From: Zygnema circumcarinatum SAG 698-1b | Taxonomy: Eukaryota > Plantae > Zygnematophyceae | Assembly (NCBI GenBank): GCA_037447605.1 | Contig: CM074817.1 | Location: 310,001-374,000, forward strand | Direction of reading: 5' to 3' | Length of the DNA stretch: 64,000 nucleotides | Part shown: positions 53,214-64,000 of the stretch, in pieces | Numbering within the stretch: position 1 is the first letter of the stretch | Layout of the letters: every line of letters starts with the position of its first letter | Translations under genes and position numbers: made by a program | Notes under the pieces: generated by a model | What the model was told of the DNA's origin: nothing | Database searches by the model: none | What the model saw: only the letters and a program-made list of their open reading frames with translations

Positions 53214-55409
53214 GGGTAGTGATATTTCCACCCCTTTTTTGGATCCAAACACCCCTTCCCGGCCGGGCAGATTTCAAAAAGGATTAAAAACGGAAAATGC
53301 TTTTTTCACACCTTTTTGGAATCGATACCCACCCTCCATCGGCAGATTTTTTTTTTGCGAAACAAGGAAAATGATAACCCGTCACCCCATTTTGAATATC
53401 CCGCCTACCTGAATTTTTTTTCACGCGTGCGGTCAATCGCAGCCGTCGATTCCCTCGCAGATCGCAAACGGCAGATCACTATTTGATCGGCAGCCGGGCT
53501 CGGTCACAGCGAATGGCACGTGCCCACGTATCCCGCCAAAGTCCTCTCAAAAGTATGTCCGTACAAATTTCGTACGGTCGCAACTTGAGGAACCCAGAAT
53601 TTCGTACATTGAGACCTTAAACCAATCAAAATTTTCCACGTCAATCATGAAACACGTGGCAGATTTTTATTGGCTGGGAACTAACAATAACGAGATCTCG
53701 GGCCGAGGGACGCGCGCACTCGTACGTGCGATCCGGCTTTGACGGGACTCGTGGGCGCTTTCCATTCGCTAAGATCGAGCCCGGCTGCAGATCGAACGGT
53801 GACCTGCCGTGGTGCGATCTGCGAGGGAATCGACAGATGCGATTGTCACGCACATCCGCTTCGAGCGGATTCGGGCAGGCAGATATTTCTTTCCCTCAAA
53901 AAAAAAATTCAGGGAGGCGGGATGCAGTATTCAAAATGCAGTGACGGGGTATCATTTTCCTTGGTTAGCAAAAATAAAATCAGCCGACGGAAGAAGGTGG
54001 GTATCGATTCCAAAAAGGTGTTAAAAAAGCATTTTCCGTTTTCAATCCCTTTGGAAATCTGCCCGGCCGGGAAGGGGTGTTGGATCCAAAAAAGGGGTGG
54101 AAATATCACTACCCATTTCCATGTGTGAGATCGAACAAACGTTTGAAATTTGGCCAGGTTTGGGGACCAGCGATTGCTGGCGCGTGGTTTGGGGCACCTC
54201 TAATCGTTTGTTGGATTTTTGCTCCGTACCTTGCCGTACGATAACGTACATTTTGTACAGTTTTTTGTCACCGAGGACTTGAATCCGTACATTCGTCCAT
54301 TTGCAATGGGTAGTGATATTTCCACCCCTTTTTTGGATCCAAACACCCCTTCCCGGCCGGGCAGATTTTAAAAGGGATTAAAAACAGAAAATGCTTTTTT
54401 CAGACCTTTTTGGAACCGATACCCACCTTCTTCCGTCGGATGATTTTATTTTTGCTAACCAAGGAAAATGATACCCCGTCACCGCATTTTGAATACTGTA
54501 TCCCGCCTCCCTGAATTATTTTTTTGAGGGAAAGAAATATCTGCCTGCCCGAATCCGCTCGGAGCGGAAGATCCGTCCGCCACGAGATCGTTCGCGGGTG
54601 TCCGTCCNNNNNNNNNNGATACCCACCCTCCATCGGCAGATTTTTTTTTTGCGAAACAAGGAAAATGATAACCCGTCACCCCATTTTGAATATCCCGCCT
54701 ACCTGAATTTTTTTTCACGCGTGCGGTCAATCGCAGCCGTCGATTCCCTCGCAGATCGCAAACGGCAGATCACTATTTGATCGGCAGCCGGGCTCGGTCA
54801 CAGCGAATGGCACGTGCCCACGTATCCCGCCAAAGTCCTCTCAAAAGTATGTCCGTACAAATTTCGTACGGTCGCAACTTGAGGAACCCAGAATTTCGTA
54901 CATTGAGACCTTAAACCAATCAAAATTTTCCACGTCAATCATGAAACACGTGGCAGATTTTTATTGGCTGGGAACTAACAATAACGAGATCTCGGGCCGA
55001 GGGACGCGCGCACTCGTACGTGCGATCCGGCTTTGACGGGACTCGTGGGCGCTTTCCATTCGCTAAGATCGAGCCCGGCTGCAGATCGAACGGTGACCTG
55101 CCGTGGTGCGATCTGCGAGGGAATCGACAGATGCGATTGTCACGCACATCCGCTTCGAGCGGATTCGGGCAGGCAGATATTTCTTTCCCTCAAAAAAAAA
55201 ATTCAGGGAGGCGGGATGCAGTATTCAAAATGCAGTGACGGGGTATCATTTTCCTTGGTTAGCAAAAATAAAATCAGCCGACGGAAGAAGGTGGGTATCG
55301 ATTCCAAAAAGGTGTGAAAAAAGCATTTTCCGTTTTTAATCCTTTTTGAAATCTGCCCGGCCGGGAAGGGGTGTTTGGATCCAAAAAAGGGGTGGAAATA
55401 TCACTACCC
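53214..55409. mobile_element. Composite Mutator-like (MULE) foldback: two ~900-bp long-TIR units around a 193-bp spacer, one outer 9-bp TSD
   Basis: Termini GGGTAGTGATATTTCCACCCC at 53214 and 54308, and their reverse complement ending at 54114 and 55409. TSD TTGAAGAAG at 53205-53213 and 55410-55418. Imperfect TIRs of about 300 bp. N-gap at 54608-54617. Confidence 0.85.
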
Positions 55410-56291
55410 TTGAAGAAGCCATGATTGATGCCCTCGCTATATTTAAACGCTTTCTAAGCGGAAAATGTTGCGTAGACCTCACGATGGCGATTCAAATGCA
55501 CGTGGGTAGATCCTTAGGTTAGATCTTGAGGATGGATCCTGAGGGTGGACCCTGAGGGTCCATGAGTCATGCATGGCACTCCGACCGAACAAAAGACATC
55601 AAGACGTCATTTGAGAGACGTGTCAAAATGTGGAGCATGGAGGCCTCCATGGAGGTAGGAAGGACGGAAAGAGGATTAGAAACGTACACCGCCAAGGTCG
55701 AGATCAGTTACATTATTACATGTGACTATACCGTTCCCTTTTTTCTTAAAAACAAGAGTGATACTTTGCCAGTCCTGCTCTCAGAAAAGAAAATGAAATG
55801 ACTGTACGTTCCAACTTTCCTAATGACGAATATAAGGACAGTTCAAGCCGCTAAGGTGGAAAGAATGTGGGCGGCATTAAGTACATTGGCAAAGTTCAGA
55901 TTTTTAGGAAGAAATACTTCTGCCTAAGTGTGCTGAAAAGCTCACTTTTTATCACTGCAAAGCAGTGCTAGTGACTATTTCCGTTCCATGCCAACCTGCA
56001 CAGACTTGGCTATGGTACACTTTGCAATTTATAACATGCTCCGCTTAGCCTCGTTCCCTGTCTATTGATTGCGAAATTCAACTGCTTTGAGAGACGTTAC
56101 ACAGAAGGAGGTTCGATCTAAACGCTACACGATACTCTACCATCAGGAAAAAACCGAGAGATATGATCTCAAAGATATTGTTAACAACATGATGCTGCCC
56201 TAGCCTTAACGTAATGAAAGAATGGCACGTGACTTCGTATTTCCCCTTGACATATTGTTATTGCTAAACGTGAATGATGATTTGAGCTTCT

Positions 56292-57433
56292 TCAAGATGA
56301 ATGTTGACTTCTTGCCGTATGTGTATCACCGGACTGCTCTTCTGTGGCTCGAACAGGTGGTGGGGCTAGCCATGCCATGAACTTATTGCCTTTAACACCC
56401 TGCGTAACAAACGAACCCTTCAAATTCAGCAGAATGCAGATAGTTTACACTTCTCTCTAAAAATTCAAGCACTTGAGAAAAAGATGTGAAAGATAAAAGT
56501 TGCGGGCGAAAAGACATATTAGGAAAGTTGACCAGCACATAAGAGGTCAAACATGTGAGATGGAGATTAATGGTTCTCTATGAATCATCAGTTGATGCTT
56601 TCAAATGTTCAAAAATTCAGCATGAAATTTCAAGAGGCTCAGCAGCATAAGCTGCGGCTAAAATAGAGTAAACAAGAAGGGCATTCTAACACTGAATACG
56701 TCGGCCTCGTTAAATCTCATTAACGGTCAAATGCGAGAATGAAATGCAATATAGGATCACCAGAGCTGCTAACACCCTTCGATACATTTCTGTTGAGTGA
56801 TCACTGCACTCCCGTTCATCGTTCGCATTCCTTCGCTCAAGCTTTGAAGAATCAAATTTCATAATCTGGTCTCACAGCGATTAGGATGAGGAAAGCTCTA
56901 TGATGGGGATTTGATCTTGCTAAAAGAATGGTACACTATTTGCAGGGGAATTAACTGAACACTCTTTTGATAGTGTCAAGCATTACTTACTCGATGACGG
57001 GCGTAGCAGTCCCAAAAATCTTTATGAGCGGGGGTACAGTTTGCAAAAAAGCCGCGCTTCATGCAGTGAATAAACTCGGCTGCACCACTACGCAGACAGT
57101 CAAAAACATTTGCTTTCGTCAGCGCATTAGGCAAGAAATAACAAAGCAATCTTGTTAAGGGAGGGTATTCTTGATTGCATGTCCTGTAAAACTAAATTGA
57201 GAACTGTAACCTCATCGAAAAGTAGTTGAAATCATCATAGCGGCGTCCTTGGACGCCCTGCGTTTGTCATCGAGAAGTAACACACCGTGTTCCGCGTGGC
57301 AAGCAGCGAGAGCCTCCTTCTTCTTCTCCTCGTCGATGGCCGTGGAGTCAATCCGCTGCCCGTTCCATCTCCATGCGTGCTCTTCCTTTTCCTCAAGCTC
57401 AGCCTCCTCTGCGGACGGCTGCCTAGCCGCCAT
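56292..57433 (-). CDS. Twin CX9C (CHCH/Cmc1-like) small protein, 114 aa, 3 exons (57433-57286, 57079-56991, 56399-56292)
   Basis: Phase-consistent GT-AG splicing yields ...KEALAA-C-HAEHAEFIH-C-MKRGFFAN-C-TPAHKDFWD-C-YARHRGVKG... The first CX9C motif forms only across the exon 1/2 junction. Confidence 0.82.
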
Positions 57434-57689
57434 AGCTGACTGAAGTGGGCCTCTAAGACCTGCAAGGTGGTGCAGTGATGGAGACGACTGGACGACGGGG
57501 CAGAACCAGCGGGGGGACGACACGGTATATGCTTAGAACGTCGGGATTCACGTCTGAAGGACGGAGATCCTCACGGGAAGACGCTCGAGTATCCTTTCTG
57601 CAGAGTTGCAGTCAAACGAAGTTGTCAAATACAGGCGCGGATGGCGCGCGGATTGGCATCTGCAAATCCTTCGTTTCTTCCTGGCAGGC

Positions 57690-58571
57690 ATGGCATTGCC
57701 TACGCATAAAGACTTACTTTATGGAGCCATGGCTCACCTTTCGGCAAAGGAGCTTGCTTCATCAGCTTGCGTTTGCCGAGCGTGGAGAGAAGCGGCTATG
57801 GCGGATTTCTTGTGGGCGAATATCTGTATGCTCGCATGGCCATTTCTGAAAGATCCTGCCATGTATTCTTTTGTGGAGTCTACTTGTGGATTTCGCAATT
57901 TTTTCTACCAGAGGACGAGTGCAGCTTGTACACGACCGCCCGAGCCAGAAGCGATATGTTGGCTGGAAGCTGATCAAGCAACGATGTTCATTGACGTTAG
58001 CTGGAAAGGCGTCAGCGTTTTATCTGTAGCAGTGCAGGAAGTCTGCAAAGATCATCTCAGATTGAAGATTCCAGCGTTCGAGAAATTGGAGCAGCTTGAA
58101 CGCGAGCATTTCGCTCAAAAACCGCAGAATTGTTCCATTGAAAGCATTGGCAATGCTCCTTCGCAGGAATATGCTCAACAAAGAGCAGCGTTACCTTATC
58201 TCTCTTCCAATTGTCGCATTTGGAGTGAAGATATCAGGTCACAACACCTGCCCAACGCTTCCCCTATGGCAGCAGAGGAGCTGACAGCAAGGCTTATCCA
58301 GTCTTTAAGTATATATGCCAACGCGAACGCTTCTCTTTCAATTTCAGATTCCTCGACTCAAGCTAGCTTAAGGATGTTCTCTGAAAACTTGCATGTAAAT
58401 TGGAGTATTTTACGTCATACAGACGGCAAGATTGCCTGTTTGGTGGATGGCTCACCGACTAGCTCTGCAGGAAGGTCGCAGCACGGAGAAGGGCAGAGGA
58501 GGTCACAGACTGCAAGATGCACACTGATGGTTGTACGGGAAGTTGATGTTTACCTCTATTTTTTGTGGTGA
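57690..58571 (+). CDS. F-box protein
   Basis: N-terminal F-box LPTHKDLLYGAMAHLSAKELASSACVCRAWREAAMADFLWANIC in a long single-exon ORF. The ATG follows an acceptor-like CTGGCAG; the 3' end may be spliced. Confidence 0.8.
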   Translation: MALPTHKDLLYGAMAHLSAKELASSACVCRAWREAAMADFLWANICMLAWPFLKDPAMYSFVESTCGFRNFFYQRTSAACTRPPEPEAICWLEADQATMFIDVSWKGVSVLSVAVQEVCKDHLRLKIPAFEKLEQLEREHFAQKPQNCSIESIGNAPSQEYAQQRAALPYLSSNCRIWSEDIRSQHLPNASPMAAEELTARLIQSLSIYANANASLSISDSSTQASLRMFSENLHVNWSILRHTDGKIACLVDGSPTSSAGRSQHGEGQRRSQTARCTLMVVREVDVYLYFLW

Positions 58572-58820
58572 CAGACATGGTAAGTTCATTTTATCCTTCC
58601 AGGTCATTAGATTGCAAGGTTCAATTCGTATAAATGAACAGCCCTTTCTTTGTTGTTCTTCCATGTCAATCAGCCGGAAATGTTCAAAACATTAGCGTGA
58701 ATCAAACAAATAGTTCACTTGCAACTTGTTTTGTCTCAGGATGAAATTTCAACAAAACGATGCATTTAAATCAGCAGTGAACAATACTCTACATTACGGT
58801 CTGCGTTGAATGGTTCAAAA

Positions 58821-61659
58821 TTAAGTTCGAACTTCAAAGCATCCCGCCTTTGTCAGCGCTCTCAAGCCTTTGTACGGCCTATAGTTCTCATTTGTTACAT
58901 TGATGTTTTCTATCCTCAAACCTGACAAAGCCACCCCAGGAACCCTAAACTTCACTAAAAGCGAAGGCCGCGCATTTGACCTTCTCCCATCTCCTTCCAA
59001 CTTTACAGTGCCTGTCATGGACGGCACTTTATCCTTCGGGAGTTTTCCAACAGTCCACGTACATTTCTGCACTCATAACGGATGATAAAGAGGTTGGCAG
59101 AAAGGAAATAATTTAATGCAGTATTCACAAAAGCAAAGTTGAGAAAGTTAGTTAACATTGAAAGATAAGAAAGCAGAAAGGAAGCGTTGTAGAGTAGCCG
59201 GACCATTCTCAACTCTCACCTTGCTAATGTGGTCGAACAGAACAGTTCCATGATTTGTTGTCAAGTCCGCTGAAACCGCCAGCATGGATAACGGCACCTC
59301 TACCTCCACTCCCTCTATGGGCTTCCCTGGGTCGCTTTTTAGTCCCACCACAACACTCAGCTTTTCCATGTCGTCATGAAAACTCAGCTGCGGGTTCACG
59401 TACAACGGAATATTGCTTGTGTCCTTCACCCTAAACCACAAAACATATGGCACTTGGAACAGACGACATCAATACCTTAGAATTGATCTTAACATACTAG
59501 TGCAGCACAGAACCATAAAACTCTGAACCGGAAAACACATCTCAAGACACGAACAGCTGGCAACCTCAAAGACCTCAGCAGGCGAAGAGTCCATAGAGCT
59601 CAAATCCCTCCACATCCCAAAAAAGAACTTACATCACTTATTGTGTACAGTTTCTACATGATCTTACCTATATGACATGAGTGTGCAATGGCCATCTGGA
59701 GGTATGCAAGCCAATGAGCGCTCAGCTTCCCAAATGTGACTTCGAATGCATCTATGGAGTTGAACATCGGACAAAATGGAGGGGTTGGCCACTGAGATGT
59801 TGACATCTGGCAAGCCAGAGAGCCGCGATGTGACTTGGACTTCGCCAAAAATTGCACTCCGCAGCAATGAGCCATTCCTATAGCCCTCCAGACAGAACGA
59901 CGCTTTTGGCTTAGCATTACTGAAGGTCAACTCGATAAAATTCAGGGTTCAAGAAGTAGTGGGTGAGAAAAAAACCGAAGTAAAAACTGTCTTGGTTCCT
60001 TGTCCTTGATGTCAGATTGCTCGCTTGTCGAATTCGACTGTGCCTAGGGGTGAAAGGCTAATCAAAACAAGTCCAAATGCTGAAACCGTACATTTGGGTG
60101 CAGATTTTTCTTCTCCGCAAGACATTCTTCTGCTTAAAACCTTCAAATTCGAGCATTAGGGTTCATTTTTTAGTGTCTAGATTTGAGGCTTTTCAGGAGT
60201 ACATTACCTGTCAATAACTACGTCAAGTTCCTCCATGATATCGCAGTATATCTCATTGCTGACGTGGCGGATATCTGTGCCACGCCATGGAATCGCACTC
60301 CCCACGGAGGAGGGAATGGCGGAGGGTGCCTTGTAGGGGCCTGAGGCGGCGACACCTGTCATGACATTGAACATGCGGTTGACCACACTCGGGGGAGGCA
60401 CCAACTCCTGCGTGGCTCCAAAAAACATCTCTGGATCAAAGGCCCATCTGGGAAGGCAATATCTGAGCTTCCAGTGAGCAGAGCTGGGGAAGGATGATGT
60501 GTTAGAGGCCTTTATGAGGCAGATTTGAACAAAGAATTGATGTATCCGAGCCATAGCTGGACATTACTGGTGTTAAACTGAGCTTCACTTGTTTCGGATT
60601 ATTTACTTCAGTGCTTCTATCTCGTTTCCGTGGGCCTCTAAGGGACAAGAACTGTGGGACAACCTTGAGCGCATTGGGCTCCGTGGTGAGGGGGAATCCG
60701 GCGTCCATCATTTCATCCAGCACTTCATAGACGGCCACAAAATTGTCTTTCAAGTTGTCCTCGCACAGACCTCCCACATAGTCTCCCAGTACGTTTGCCA
60801 CCGATTGCAGAAACTGGCAAGGAAGTTCGAAAAGGACTAAAGCGTAAGAGTGAATGAAAGCCAGGAGGGGAAACAGGGAAAGAGGGCAAAAAGTGGAAAG
60901 GAGAGGGAGATACAGGGATGGACGAAATGATGACAGGGGCTTGAAAAAGGGAAAGAGAAACAGAGAATGTGAAGTTTTATGGATGCACCAAAGTGTCAGG
61001 AGGCTTTCATGGAAGCACAGTGGCTGACGAGAGAGACGACAACGAGCACATGCCAGTTGAGTGTTAAGAGTTTATGTTACTTTCTTCTCCATCGACAAGT
61101 AGGTTATGTACTCCCAAGAGCCGTGCAAGAAATCTGCCACATGTTTTAGCTAGCGAATGCTTGCTCCCACCTCGATTCCGAGCAGCGGCGGCATCTCAAT
61201 TCGCGTACATGCCAAAAATGTGATCCCTCCGCGAAGGATGTGCAGCACATAGCTTTGAGGCGCAGCAATAACCGCCGGTACATCCTCCGGCGCAGCATAC
61301 CTCCCGGAGCCGCTGGAAAGGTCGAAAAACCACCGGCACACAGAGCGATCCCCACCTTTCCCGCCCCATTGCTTTTCAAATAGCACCTCTCTGCACGACC
61401 CTGAACCCCAAACCTGTGAACACAAACAGCGGCATCACCATACATCGTATTACACAATCTCACATGCGCTATCAGCTGATCCCCCTGCTCGTGCTCCTGC
61501 TCTTCACCGCATTGTCTGCCCGTCATCATCTTCACATGTGCATCACCGGAAAATCATCATCCGCAACAGCATGACAGACAGCATGCTAACATGTTTGAGA
61601 GTGGCGGAAGGATCGAGTACGGACCCTGTGTCTGCCAGAATAAACAAGCTCTCAATCAT
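58821..61659 (-). CDS. AP3M: AP-3 complex mu subunit
   Basis: MIESLFILADTG|EVLFEKQ; EMPPLLGIE; DNLKDNFVAVYEVLDEMMDAGFPLTTEPNALK; IPWRGTDIRHVSNEIYCDIMEELD; GEVQVTSRLSGLPD; IPPDGHCTLMSYR; WTVGKLPKDK; YKGLRALTKAGCFEVRT*. Confidence 0.96.
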
Positions 61660-61739
61660 TGTTATTTATTGTTTGTTGTGTTTTTTTTTGCGACACGTGC
61701 CTCCGCCTCGAGCTTGCCTTGTTTGCACCTCCAACAAGC

Positions 61740-61895
61740 CCCAACCCTAAACCTAACCCTAATCCTAACCGTAGCCCTAACCCTACGCCTAACCCTAGCA
61801 CTAACCCTAATCCTAACAGTACCGGTAACCCTAACCGAAATTCAAACCGTACCCCAAATCTTAACCCTGGCCGTAACCCTAATTCTGACCGTAAC
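61740..61895 (+). repeat. Degenerate hexameric (CCCTAA)n telomere-like tract between the divergent AP3M and SDR genes
   Basis: About 25 units in 6-bp phase (CCCTAA, CCTAAC, CCGTAA and variants). Confidence 0.85.
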
Positions 61896-61975
61896 AAAAG
61901 ACAGTAAACATCAGAACTCAGTGCTCTCAGGTCTGAGGCGGAGCAAGGGAGGAGGCGGACTGAAGGTTGGCCGCC

Positions 61976-63753
61976 ATGTTGTATGCTGTGACGGGAGGCA
62001 CCGGGTGAGAGCCTTGACCTGTTTCCGACTCACCTCCCCTCCTGCTTCTTCTCCTTCTTTCAATTCAGTTTCTTACCGCAGTTGCTGTCGGCATTGCATG
62101 GAGCCTTGGCAGGTTTTTGGGAGAGCATGTGGTGAGGGAGCTTGTGGAAGAGGGTCACAGCGTGCGCATCATCGCACGATCGAAGCCGGCGGCGCCTCTC
62201 GGACGCAACACTGAGGTAAGCCGCAGGGGGGCGGCAGAGCAGCGAGGCAAAGCGCTGTCAGGATTCCTTTGTATGCATCTTTTGATGCGTCAAATGGCTG
62301 GCAATGGAGGGACGCCAAAGGGGTTGACTGCCGGCGAAGAGAAGCGAAAACTCAATAAGTTTTAAAGCTTCAGCAAAATTGTCGTAAGACTGCAAACCCT
62401 GACATAAAGGGGCTCTGGGTCTTAAAGTCGCCCCTTGAATTCCAAACTAAGGAACACACAGGAATTGTAAACATCCAATGTCCTTTTATCTATCATCGCG
62501 GCGCAGGAAACCTATGTATTTTGCGTTTGCAGGGCCAGGCTAATATTGTCGCTCATGTCTGAAATGCATTCTTGCTAGGATAAAACGCCTATAAGCGCTG
62601 TAGCAAATCTGTACGGCCAAATATAATTTTTCATCGTCCGTATTAAAGAAGCTGCACAAGACTGCACTGTTGTTCTAAATTATTAAATAAAATTATGTAA
62701 GGTTAGGTTTTTGCAGGATCGATCACCGACGAAAGTGTCCTGAAGACGGTATTTGATGGGGTGGATGGCGTTTTCCATCTGGCGGGAGTTGTGGAGCACT
62801 CAAGGCGGAAGGAGGATTTCATCTACGATATCCATGTGGGTGGAACTATGAAGATTATGGAGAAGGCGAAGGAGTTAAGAGTGAGGTGCAGCTCCCCTCC
62901 CTTTCTCTCTCTCTCTCTCTTTCTCTCTGTCTCTCACGCTTCTTCTCCACTGACCACTTCTTACTCAGCCCCGCTCTCTCTCGCCCTCGTTGGGTTGTAT
63001 GATCACTTTGACTACCAAGTGCTTGATTGACAGAGGGATGATGTCTGCAAGGTGATGCAGGAGAGTGGTGTACGCGTCAACTTCAGGTACGGTGGCAGTC
63101 AGCACATCACCCGAGCATGTCGCCGATGATCATGCGCCATACGCGAAGGATATTGTGAAGAATTGGCCATATTACAACACCAAAGTTATAGCGGAAGAAA
63201 AAGCTCGTCAATATGCCAAGGAAGTCAATATCGAACTTGTCTGCATGCGCCCAACTCTTCTTCTTGGACCAGGTACAAGCTCGCTCTGCAAACGGAACCG
63301 AGCAATCACACAATTAGATTGTCCATTTGGTGGTTCGCTCAGAACATGGCTAGTGATTGTTGTGCAGAGGTATGAGATGTAGTTGTTTCCTCTCTTATCA
63401 TCCTCTCTTTCCTTCCTCTTTCCATCCCTTTCTCGTTCGCCCCTCTCCTCTAATCCATCCCATTGTTCGGCCCGCCCGTCCACCCTCACCCCTAAAAAGC
63501 CATTCTTTTGGGTTATTGTAGGTTTTCATCAACCCCCTCGTTCTCTGCCTCTCCTGTCTCTCTCTCCCCCGTTCCTTCTCTGCCCCTTTTGTCTCTGTCT
63601 CCCTCCGTTCCTCCTTTTGATGTTTTTTTTCTCAACATGAACATGCAGGAGATAGGCGGCTGAGTTCATGCAGGAGCATAGTGGACCTGCTGGAACAGAA
63701 AGTGCCTTTTGTACCTTGTGGCGGCCTTTCATTCGTGGATGTTCGCGATGCGG
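61976..63753 (+). CDS. Extended SDR / NAD-dependent epimerase-dehydratase (DFR/HpnA-like); 3' end beyond the last recognisable exon
   Basis: MLYAVTGGTG|FLGEHVVREL; GVFHLAGVVEHSR; VVYASTSGTVAVS; YYNTK catalytic motif; CMRPTLLLGPG|DRRLSS; PCGGLSFVDVRDA|gt. Confidence 0.9.
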
Positions 63754-63903
63754 TACAGTCATCGAGTGTACAAAAAACAGTCTTGTGGCTTGTTCCATAG
63801 CTGCGATTCAGTTATTATCATCGATCTGTGATGCTCCTCCTATTCCTTGTTTCGTTCAGCATTGATGGGGTTCTCCTCTCCTGTATAACGTAGCCATTCC
63901 TCG

Positions 63904-63946
<43 letters not shown>

Positions 63947-64000
63947 NNNNNNNNNNCCCCCCCCCCCCCCCCCCCCCCCCCCCCTCTCCCTCTTCCCCGT

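Noticed and set aside
53641-55339. Duplicated short ORFs within the MULE units and hAT MITEs
   Set aside because: No transposase motifs; they are chance frames in non-autonomous elements.
56040-57210. Plus-strand pseudogene suggested by long frames with few stops
   Set aside because: Better explained as the antisense of the minus-strand twin-CX9C gene and its introns.

Overview
This is eukaryotic nuclear DNA from a gene-dense, intron-rich green-plant-lineage genome. A streptophyte alga or early-diverging plant is inferred from land-plant-like orthologues, GT-AG introns and TTTAGGG-type repeats. It is a draft assembly with five N-gaps. I assembled about 14 protein-coding loci by eye. Recognisable ones are an importin-13-like karyopherin, KAE1/OSGEP, GLYR, an SLC19 (reduced-folate/thiamine carrier) family transporter, DEX1, a GMPPA/KONJAC-like protein, the PP2A catalytic subunit, an F-box protein, AP-3 mu and a DFR/HpnA-like SDR. 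There is also a 3-exon twin-CX9C gene that the ORF track misses, plus three genes of unknown function. Intergenic DNA carries non-autonomous DNA transposons: two hAT MITEs with 8-bp TSDs, a TA-flanked MITE, a truncated Mutator-like arm, and a 2.2-kb composite Mutator-like foldback with a 9-bp TSD. Introns are inflated by GA/CT tracts and telomere-like repeats. No rRNA, tRNA or CRISPR array is supported. Exon boundaries are manual and unverified, and protein family calls rest on remembered sequences, not database searches.
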